From positions 14,842 through 78,841 of IMG/VR virus record IMGVR_UViG_3300010149_000002: 64,000 bases of DNA; one strand, 5' to 3'. The notes under the pieces were generated by a model that was not told the origin of the DNA, did no database searches, and was given only the letters and a program-made list of their open reading frames with translations. Shown in pieces: positions 1 to 6,647 of the stretch. The stretch's first letter is position 1. Each line of letters opens with the position of its first letter. The position numbers and the translations under genes were made by a program. The DNA is from a virus.

Positions 1-87
1 CCAATGTCATACCACACATTAGATTATGAAAAAGAATTAAAATACCACAATAGACTAAAAGAGTTAGTTGATAGATATAAAGTGTAA
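1..87 (+). CDS. 3' end of a hypothetical protein (partial)
   Basis: Open frame from window start (PMSYHTLDYEKELKYHNRLKELVDRYKV) ending in TAA at 85-87. Confidence 0.5.
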   Translation, partial: PMSYHTLDYEKELKYHNRLKELVDRYKV

Positions 88-164
88 TAAAATAATATTG
101 TAGACACGCACTCTCACACCCTAGTGGACACATCACACACACTCAGAAACCCTCACCCCTCCCC

Positions 165-219
165 TGCAAGAACCATGCCAAAAACTTGGCATCATAATTG
201 CATAGCAAGATACATGCCA
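165..219. promoter_or_regulatory. Cluster of three sigma-54 (-24/-12) elements in alternating orientation
   Basis: 165-180(-) TGGCATGGTTCTTGCA; 187-202(+) TGGCATCATAATTGCA; 204-219(-) TGGCATGTATCTTGCT; all have GG-N10-GC spacing. Confidence 0.7.
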
Positions 220-265
220 ACTCTCCTTAAGAAAACTTTAGCTGACAAACATATATTGTTTACAA

Positions 266-660
266 AGAATATACGCACATGCCTACTATGTTGGGCAATG
301 GACAACATCGGACTAAACATATTCTATTGAACTGCCACATATAGTTGGCTTACAGAATACCCTCTAGAATCCATTTAAAAGAATTATATGATACCAAGGT
401 AGGGTAAAATCTAAATGGATTGTAGGGCTATTTATGGGACGATAAGACATTGTCAAGAACTTTATTAAAATGCGAGTAAAGTAAATGCGAGTTGACATTC
501 AGGTTTTATGTCTTGTCAAGGGAATAATGCAATGTGAGTAATGAATCTAAATTGCTCGTATTGATAAATGCGAGTTGTTGCTCACATTATAATTTGCTAT
601 ATTGAATGTATAACATAACGCAACACGTTATTAACTACTAAAGGAGATTTATTTATGAAA
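266..660 (+). repeat. Regulatory module copy 1 (imperfect direct repeat of 1567-1914)
   Basis: Colinear blocks shared with copy 2: GAATATACG..ATGCC.ACTA, TAAAATCTAAATGGATT, TAGGGCTA, AAATGYGAGTTGACATTCAG..TGTCAAG, AATTTGCTATA.TGAAT, TAACGCAA, AAAGGA..ATGAAA. Confidence 0.8.
575..603 (+). promoter_or_regulatory. Sigma-70-type early promoter with extended -10
   Basis: TTGTTG-17-TATATT with TGn extension; RBS AAGGAG and ATG at 655 follow. Confidence 0.55.
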
Positions 661-825
661 AAATCATTTAGCGACTCGAGAATTAAAGAAGCTCAAAGAC
701 TACTAGAAAACGCTTTAAATGCTCAAAATGAGCAGGAAATTAAAGAAGAGCTTAATGAGGTTAGACTCAAGGTTAGTACTCTTTTGGCTCAATTAGGACA
801 TGACTTTAACAAGGTAGGTGCATAA
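655..825 (+). CDS. Small hypothetical early protein (56 aa)
   Basis: AAGGAG RBS; MKKSFSDSRIKEAQRLLENALNAQ...; below the ORF-track size cutoff. Confidence 0.7.
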   Translation: MKKSFSDSRIKEAQRLLENALNAQNEQEIKEELNEVRLKVSTLLAQLGHDFNKVGA

Positions 826-826
826 T

Positions 827-994
827 ATGGGACAAACAACCAATAAATTATTAGAGTTATTAGATGAGGGTATTTTAAATAAAGATACTGTAATTATGGC
901 TTGCTTAAAGTATATGAGTGAGGATGATGTTAACGATATGGCATTGTTAAATGAATTTATTGAAGATACTAATGAATATCCTGAGAATTTATAG
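827..994 (+). CDS. Small acidic hypothetical protein (55 aa)
   Basis: Coupled to the upstream ORF; MGQTTNKLLELLDEGILNKDTVIMACLKYMSEDDV... Confidence 0.7.
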   Translation: MGQTTNKLLELLDEGILNKDTVIMACLKYMSEDDVNDMALLNEFIEDTNEYPENL

Positions 995-1003
995 GGGGGG
1001 GTA

Positions 1004-1096
1004 ATGAAAAGCTTAGATTATATAATAATATTTTTACAGATAATTGCTATAATAATCGGTATCACTATAATAATTAATCATTTTATAATTGTATAA
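1004..1096 (+). CDS. Small hydrophobic membrane peptide (30 aa)
   Basis: MKSLDYIIIFLQIIAIIIGITIIINHFIIV, preceded by a G8 run that could serve as RBS. Confidence 0.5.
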   Translation: MKSLDYIIIFLQIIAIIIGITIIINHFIIV

Positions 1097-1139
1097 TACA
1101 TAAACACATAAACGGAATTTATTTAGTTCAATATCCTAC

Positions 1140-1501
1140 CTTATAAAGTGCCATTTTCTTGTGGCGATCTATTAGTACACTTCATTACACTGAGCATGGA
1201 TGCTTAAAGTGCCTTATATTTTGGGCATTAAAAGACTTACTAGTAGCCGAAAAATTCTACTAATTTGGTCATTTAATACCTAAACACTTATTGTTTACTT
1301 TCATGTTTGGCTTTAGCTATCGAGCTATTTATATAGTCATTTTATTTAGAGATTGCATACTAAATAAAACTTATTGAGGCGTTCGGCAAGGTACTTAATC
1401 TCTCGACACCTTGTGATATACTAAACAGATTTTGTTTAGTGAGGCTATCCTAGTCGGCTCTCTCATGCAATTCTTATGCCATTTTTTAACCGTCCTCAAT
1501 A
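1140..1501 (+). ncRNA. Candidate structured non-coding RNA (unknown family)
   Basis: No long ORF; about 11 consecutive stems plus a long-range closing stem 1372-1379/1494-1501; G-U wobbles favour the + strand. Confidence 0.55.
1466..1481 (-). promoter_or_regulatory. Sigma-54-like -24/-12 element
   Basis: TGGCATAAGAATTGCA. Confidence 0.6.
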
Positions 1502-1518
1502 TTACTATAGTTGTTAAA
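1501..1518 (-). promoter_or_regulatory. Putative phage late-promoter motif, antisense to the early region
   Basis: TTTAACAACTATAGTAAT, identical to the motif upstream of the late gene starting at 42441. Confidence 0.6.
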
Positions 1519-1566
1519 TAATCTTTATTTGTCAAGTTATTTATTAAACCATATAAATTTTATCAC

Positions 1567-1914
1567 AGAATATACGAATATGCCAACTATTTTTGTAAGG
1601 CTAATTTGTTCTCTAAGAGCTTTAAAAGTTTTTTGAATACTAGGTTAAGGATAAAATCTAAATGGATTCTAGCCTATATTGTGTGCCTTATAGGGCTATA
1701 TAGTAAGATTGTTTAGAGTGTTTTTAGTCCGATAAAATCAAATGTGAGTTGACATTCAGTTTATACATAGTGTCAAGAAAAAAATGAAATGTGAGCTTTA
1801 TATATCATTTTGCTCGCATTCTCTAAAAGTGAGTAAATATATATTGAATAATCATATTTAATTTGCTATAATGAATATAGAGATTAACGCAATAAATAAA
1901 GGAATTACATGAAA
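1567..1914 (+). repeat. Regulatory module copy 2, including a sigma-70 promoter (1844-1872)
   Basis: Colinear with 266-660; TTGAAT-17-TATAAT with TGn extension. Confidence 0.8.
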
Positions 1915-2268
1915 ACATCATTTTTAAAAGAAAGCGAAGTAAGTCAAATTTTAAATGCAAACGATAGAAAGTGTGACTATAATGTACATAGTGGTGGGCG
2001 TGTGATAGTTAATCATGAAGCAGGTGCATACAATAGTGGAACTATCAGAAAAGTGAAAGGACTTGACAATATCTATATTGCTTCATGCTCACTTGATTTT
2101 GGTGGTCAGCAATGGGTTGAAGTTTACGATAAAAGAGACTTAAATGTAATAGCTTATTTAAAGTCTGTAAGGACTTTAACAGAATTAAAAAACAGTGAAA
2201 AAGCCCAAGAGGAGTTAAAAAATATTAACGATAATTTAATTTGCTTAGAAAATAAAGGAGTAGTATAA
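1909..2268 (+). CDS. Hypothetical early protein
   Basis: ORF with AAGGA RBS downstream of promoter. Confidence 0.75.
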   Translation: MKTSFLKESEVSQILNANDRKCDYNVHSGGRVIVNHEAGAYNSGTIRKVKGLDNIYIASCSLDFGGQQWVEVYDKRDLNVIAYLKSVRTLTELKNSEKAQEELKNINDNLICLENKGVV

Positions 2269-2463
2269 ATGACACCTAATGAAAAAATGAATTTAAGGCA
2301 TGAAGTTTGGTTTTCACTATCTACAAACCAAAGAAGAAAGTTAACTTCAAATGGAATTTATGCAAATAATTTATATGATTGTCCAGTGTGGTTAATTGTA
2401 AAAGTTACACGTTCTAAAAAAATAATGGATAAGATGCGTAAAATATGGAAATGGTGGACTTAA
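2269..2463 (+). CDS. Hypothetical protein
   Basis: ORF with AAGGAG RBS, abuts upstream gene. Confidence 0.65.
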   Translation: MTPNEKMNLRHEVWFSLSTNQRRKLTSNGIYANNLYDCPVWLIVKVTRSKKIMDKMRKIWKWWT

Positions 2464-2475
2464 GGCGGTGGCATA

Positions 2476-2997
2476 ATGAAATTACAGATTGATAATACAT
2501 TTAACTTTGAACAAAGAAAAGTTATTGATAAATATTTTGAAATTGCAAAGGAAAAATTTAATATTCAAGACAAAATAATTTCTATTGAGATTAAAAATAG
2601 TGGTCGATTAAAAACAAGTGCAGGAAATGCAACAATTTATAGAATAAAGAATTGTGGGATTATTAAAATGAATAAAAGACTGTTTAATAGTACAGTAGGA
2701 ATAAAAGAATTTGAAAACACATTTTCGCATGAGCTTGCCCATGTTATAGCTAATATAATTCATAATTGTAATTGTGGACATGATGCAAGATGGAAAAGGA
2801 CTCATATAGCCCTTGGCGGTAATGCAAAAAGGACTCATAACTATGATGTGAGTCATTTAAGACCTACTAAAAATCGTTTTGACTATAAGTGTAATTGTCA
2901 AATTTTTAAATTAAGTGCAGTAAGGCACAATAAAATGCAAAATGGTAAAGCAAAGTATTACTGTAAAAAATGTAAAGAGTATCTAAAAAGAGTGTAA
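2476..2997 (+). CDS. SprT-like zinc metalloprotease
   Basis: HELAH zincin motif, GHDARWK, C-terminal CxC...CxxC zinc ribbon. Confidence 0.85.
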   Translation: MKLQIDNTFNFEQRKVIDKYFEIAKEKFNIQDKIISIEIKNSGRLKTSAGNATIYRIKNCGIIKMNKRLFNSTVGIKEFENTFSHELAHVIANIIHNCNCGHDARWKRTHIALGGNAKRTHNYDVSHLRPTKNRFDYKCNCQIFKLSAVRHNKMQNGKAKYYCKKCKEYLKRV

Positions 2998-3041
2998 TTT
3001 TTACATAGTATATTGATGCAATGAATAAAAACTGATATAAT
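2993..3041 (+). promoter_or_regulatory. Early promoter with TGTAA-N3-TTACA operator
   Basis: TGTAATTTTTACA, 7 nt, TTGATG-17-TATAAT. Confidence 0.75.
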
Positions 3042-3074
3042 AATTATAGAGAATAACACAAAGGAGATAAAAAA

Positions 3075-3248
3075 ATGAATAATTACAAAGAAAACGGATT
3101 CAAAGATAGAAACGATTATTTAGACTTTTTAGCAGATGATTATGGTGTAAGTGCTTATCAAGTTCATGTGATTGCTCAAATGCTAGGGGAGTCAGAAGAT
3201 TTTGACGGATTAATAACAAGTATTCAAGACTTAAGCGAAGGATTATAA
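3075..3248 (+). CDS. Small acidic hypothetical protein (57 aa)
   Basis: AAGGAG RBS; MNNYKENGFKDRNDYLDFLADDYG... Confidence 0.75.
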   Translation: MNNYKENGFKDRNDYLDFLADDYGVSAYQVHVIAQMLGESEDFDGLITSIQDLSEGL

Positions 3249-3436
3249 TGGAAAATTTAAGATACATTAAAACTAAAGAGAATTTTAAAAAAGATCAGAT
3301 TGTTCAATTAACTGAACCTGATAAAGATAATCAAATTGTTAGACGTTATAGAGTTATTATGTCAAGTGATTTATTTACAGATGAGAGTGATTTATATTAT
3401 ACAATTTTAGAAGAGATAAAAGGAAAGGTGCAATAA
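3248..3436 (+). CDS. Hypothetical protein
   Basis: Translationally coupled ORF. Confidence 0.65.
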   Translation: MENLRYIKTKENFKKDQIVQLTEPDKDNQIVRRYRVIMSSDLFTDESDLYYTILEEIKGKVQ

Positions 3437-3624
3437 TGAATAAAGAGCAATTAAAAATGATGATAAAAAGCGTTAGGACTGATTTAGAGCTATTCAAGTC
3501 AAGCGGACAAGTCTATCTACTAGAAAGGATTGAAAGCAATATAAGAGCTTTAAAAGACTGGAGAAATAACCTAGCATTAAAAGGTAATGAAACAATAAAA
3601 GAGCGTATGTTATGGGCGATTTAA
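3436..3624 (+). CDS. Hypothetical protein
   Basis: Translationally coupled ORF. Confidence 0.65.
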   Translation: MNKEQLKMMIKSVRTDLELFKSSGQVYLLERIESNIRALKDWRNNLALKGNETIKERMLWAI

Positions 3625-3693
3625 TGCCAATTTTTGTGGGCATCTTTATGTGGTGGGTTATTATGTCAATTGTAGAAGGTGATAAAAAAGGTA

Positions 3694-3742
3694 GGTAATT
3701 TTTACATAGTTCATTGACGCAATACAGATAATTTGATATAAT
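3694..3742 (+). promoter_or_regulatory. Early promoter with operator
   Basis: GGTAATTTTTACA, 7 nt, TTGACG-17-TATAAT. Confidence 0.75.
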
Positions 3743-3799
3743 ATTTATAAGGAAAGTTACTCGGACTCATGGAAGAGTCATTTTAAAGGAGATTAAAAA

Positions 3800-4144
3800 A
3801 TGAATACAGAATTAAATAAAAATCAATTTACTAATAAAGTCGATAAAAGATTGAATGAAATAATGGACGGTGTAAATTTTAGCACGTTATTAGATGAGGC
3901 GTGGGATTATGTTTGCGAAGTTCATAATGTATATGATGGGCAATTTAGTGAGTCTGATGAGCATGAAATTGAAAGGGAGCTGCATAAAAGGCATGGTTTT
4001 GATATGAGTTGGTATGATAAATTCAATCCAAGTCCACAGAAAAAAGCTGAAATTGCACAAAGAAAAATGAGTCAACTAGAAAAGTTTAGGCTTGAACAAG
4101 ATCAAATAATGGATATGTATAAGGGTGGTGATTTTGATGAATAA
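3800..4144 (+). CDS. Hypothetical early protein
   Basis: AAGGAG RBS; leader hairpin with ANGGA loop at 3764-3779. Confidence 0.75.
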   Translation: MNTELNKNQFTNKVDKRLNEIMDGVNFSTLLDEAWDYVCEVHNVYDGQFSESDEHEIERELHKRHGFDMSWYDKFNPSPQKKAEIAQRKMSQLEKFRLEQDQIMDMYKGGDFDE

Positions 4145-4361
4145 ATATGAGCAAATAAAATTAGTTGAGGAGTCAGATTTTGTACTAAATGATATTTATT
4201 TAGGTTATTCAGAGTTTTGGGACAAGGTAAACGAAATTGATTTAGACCCTGAAAAACTTACATTGTATGAAAAAGATATAGACATACTATATGATGCTCT
4301 AGTAGACTATATAAAGTTTAGAAGTAATTATAAAAATACATTAAAGGAGCTTATAAAATGA
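4137..4361 (+). CDS. Hypothetical protein
   Basis: Overlapping coupled ORF starting MNKYEQ. Confidence 0.65.
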   Translation: MNKYEQIKLVEESDFVLNDIYLGYSEFWDKVNEIDLDPEKLTLYEKDIDILYDALVDYIKFRSNYKNTLKELIK

Positions 4362-5131
4362 TACAAATTAAAAATAGATTTACAGGTAATGTTATTAGAG
4401 AAGTTGAAAGTCTTAGTGAAGCTAATCTTAGGGGAGCTAATCTTAGGGGAGCTGATCTTAGTGAAGCTGATCTTAGGGGAGCTAATCTTAGGGGAGCTAA
4501 TCTTAGGGGAGCTAATCTTAGTGAAGCTGATCTTAGTGAAGCTGATCTTAGTGAAGCTAATCTTAGGGGAGCTGATCTTAGTGAAGCTAATCTTAGTGAA
4601 GCTAATCTTAGGGGAGCTAATCTTAGGGGAGCTGATCTTAGTGAAGCTGATCTTAGGGGAGCTAATCTTATGGTAGCTAATCTTAGTGAAGCTAATCTTA
4701 GTGAAGCTAATCTTAGTGAAGCTGATCTTATGGTAGCTAATCTTAGTGAAGCTAATCTTAGTGAAGCTAATCTTAGGGGAGCTAATCTTAGGGGAGCTGA
4801 TCTTAGTGAAGCTGATCTTAGGGGAGCTAATCTTAGGGGAGCTAATCTTAGTGAAGCTGATCTTAGTGAAGCTGATCTTAGTGAAGCTAATCTTAGGGGA
4901 GCTGATCTCGAAAAATGTAAAGGTATTCTATCATTTACTTGTGAAAAGCATTTAGGAATATATTTTAAATACGATAATGAATATTATTTTAAGATTGGTT
5001 GCATGACTAATACTGCTAAATGGTGGTTAGATAACTATAAAATAGTTGGTAAGATTGAAGAATATAGCGATAATGATATTAAAAAACATGGTATTATTTT
5101 AGAAGCTTATAGTAAAATAGAATTAGAATAA
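4358..5131 (+). CDS. Pentapeptide repeat protein
   Basis: About 33 A(N/D)L(RG/SE/MV) repeats between a short N-terminal segment and a globular C-terminal domain. Confidence 0.9.
   Translation: MIQIKNRFTGNVIREVESLSEANLRGANLRGADLSEADLRGANLRGANLRGANLSEADLSEADLSEANLRGADLSEANLSEANLRGANLRGADLSEADLRGANLMVANLSEANLSEANLSEADLMVANLSEANLSEANLRGANLRGADLSEADLRGANLRGANLSEADLSEADLSEANLRGADLEKCKGILSFTCEKHLGIYFKYDNEYYFKIGCMTNTAKWWLDNYKIVGKIEEYSDNDIKKHGIILEAYSKIELE
4412..4909 (+). repeat. 15-bp coding minisatellite
   Basis: Units GCT(A/G)ATCTTA(GGGGA|GTGAA|TGGTA). Confidence 0.95.
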
Positions 5132-5149
5132 ACTAAAGGAGTTTATAAA

Positions 5150-5353
5150 ATGAAAATAGAGGACAAAGAATTTTTTGATTTTGAATTAGATGGCATCAAT
5201 TTTGCAGACTATCCAGACTTCTGTGATGCGTTTATAATTAATGCCAGTGTAGTTGATGGGAGTGAACCAAGAAAAGCCACAGATAGCGAATTAGAGCTTC
5301 TCAATGATGATTCTAGTCTAGTCTATGAGCTTGTAATGGAGCAGATTTTTTAA
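5150..5353 (+). CDS. Small acidic phage protein
   Basis: AAGGAG RBS; DGINFADYPDFCDAFI motif typical of small phage proteins. Confidence 0.75.
   Translation: MKIEDKEFFDFELDGINFADYPDFCDAFIINASVVDGSEPRKATDSELELLNDDSSLVYELVMEQIF
5191..5206 (+). promoter_or_regulatory. Sigma-54-like element (intragenic)
   Basis: TGGCATCAATTTTGCA. Confidence 0.6.
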
Positions 5354-5360
5354 AATACCC

Positions 5361-5410
5361 TGTAATTTTTTCATACTGCTATTGACGCAATACAGATAAT
5401 ATTAGATAAT
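5361..5410 (+). promoter_or_regulatory. Early promoter with operator
   Basis: TGTAATTTTTTCA, 8 nt, TTGACG-17-GATAAT. Confidence 0.7.
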
Positions 5411-5437
5411 AAATACAGAAATAAAGGAGAAATAAAC

Positions 5438-6019
5438 ATGACACAATTATTCACAAGAAATGGAAAGCTAAAAAAAGCAAGTGCATATACTGTAAATTTT
5501 GGAATACCTGCTTTAAAGACTTGCCCAATGAAGGATGTATGCGGTAAATATTGTTATGCTAATAAAGGTGCGTATAGTTGGCCAGTAGTTAAAAAAGCTT
5601 ATGAGCATAGATTTCAGCAGACTAGACGAGCTGACTTTCCACAGATTGCAGTTAAAGCATTATCTAAAAAACGTAAACTAGAAAAAGTTAGAATACATGA
5701 TAGCGGTGATTTTTACAATAAAGAATACCTTTACAAGTGGTTTAAGATTGCAGAGTCTATGCCAGATAAAGAGTTTTACGCATACACTAAGCAAGTAAAG
5801 CTTTTAAAAGACAATTGGACTAATAAGCCTAGCAATCTTACTATCATCTTTTCAATAGGCGGTAAACAAGATTCATTGATTGACCAAAATATTGACAGGC
5901 ATAGTAAAATTTTCAAAACACTTGAAGAGCTTAACGCATCGGGTTATAATGATACAAGTGATGATGATACCCAAGCGGTCAATCCAGAAAATCACAAAGT
6001 AGGGCTAGTAATTCACTAA
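5438..6019 (+). CDS. Gp88-like phage protein
   Basis: TCP..C..YCYA cysteine cluster, VRIHDSGDFY and FYAYTK motifs. Confidence 0.75.
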   Translation: MTQLFTRNGKLKKASAYTVNFGIPALKTCPMKDVCGKYCYANKGAYSWPVVKKAYEHRFQQTRRADFPQIAVKALSKKRKLEKVRIHDSGDFYNKEYLYKWFKIAESMPDKEFYAYTKQVKLLKDNWTNKPSNLTIIFSIGGKQDSLIDQNIDRHSKIFKTLEELNASGYNDTSDDDTQAVNPENHKVGLVIH

Positions 6020-6034
6020 AAAGGAGATATAAAA

Positions 6035-6283
6035 ATGAACAAAAAACTATTCAAAAACTTAGTAGGTAACAAATTTTTTACAGTAGTCTTTAGAAAAAAA
6101 GACGGTACACTTAGAACAATGAACGCAAGGCTAGGCGTTAAAAAGCATTTAAAGGGCGGTAAAAAGCTCTATGATAAGGCTAACCTTGTAACAGTGTATG
6201 ATATCACTAAAAAAGGTTATAGGACTGTAAACCTTGACAGCGTTCAAGAGATCAAAGCTAGTGGGCTTAAGGTAACAGTTTAA
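6035..6283 (+). CDS. Small SH3/Sm-like (WYL_2-like) phage protein
   Basis: FFTVVFRKKDGTLRTMNARLGV and VYD...GYRT motifs. Confidence 0.6.
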   Translation: MNKKLFKNLVGNKFFTVVFRKKDGTLRTMNARLGVKKHLKGGKKLYDKANLVTVYDITKKGYRTVNLDSVQEIKASGLKVTV

Positions 6284-6346
6284 TGGTTAAGGTTATACAA
6301 GGTTTATTTTTAACGTACTATTTAATTTATATTGTGTGAGGTAACA

Positions 6347-6571
6347 ATGACTAAACAAGATTTATTGACATTATATAATTTATCTAAAAATATAGATGGA
6401 CTTGAGAACGTCTATGACTTCATATCAGGCGTTTATGAAATTGCCTATGGTGATCATGCTATTAATAAAAATTACAGCTCAGAAGAAGTTTTACAGCGTA
6501 TACAGGACTTTTCAGATGATGCCTTGACTTATGAAACGTATCATAAACTTAGTAAAAAGAATACTATGTAA
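6347..6571 (+). CDS. Hypothetical protein
   Basis: GAGGT RBS before MTKQD. Confidence 0.6.
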   Translation: MTKQDLLTLYNLSKNIDGLENVYDFISGVYEIAYGDHAINKNYSSEEVLQRIQDFSDDALTYETYHKLSKKNTM

Positions 6572-6616
6572 AAATTACATAGTTCGGTTGACGCAAAGCA
6601 CAATACATGAGATAAT
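6565..6616 (+). promoter_or_regulatory. Early promoter with operator, upstream of rIIA
   Basis: TATGTAAAAATTACATA palindrome, TTGACG-17-GATAAT. Confidence 0.75.
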
Positions 6617-6647
6617 AATTAAGAGTTAAACTAAAGGAGAATAACAC

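Noticed and set aside
124-330. 68-aa ORF in the ORF track
   Set aside because: No RBS, and it runs across the sigma-54 cluster and repeat module; likely non-coding
566-588. CRP site
   Set aside because: Half-sites are separated by 8 nt rather than 6
1140-1501. tmRNA, RNase P RNA or retron msr-msd
   Set aside because: No Ala acceptor or T-arm, no P4 consensus, and no reverse transcriptase in the window
438-1735. CGATAA in both modules (438-445, 1728-1735) as sigma-28 -10 boxes
   Set aside because: No convincing TAAA-type -35 at canonical spacing
4412-4909. Possible CRISPR or guide-RNA array
   Set aside because: Tandem in-frame coding units with no unique spacers
4389-4955. [10 protein letters not shown] alternative-frame ORFs
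   Set aside because: By-product of the 15-bp repeat; no RBS
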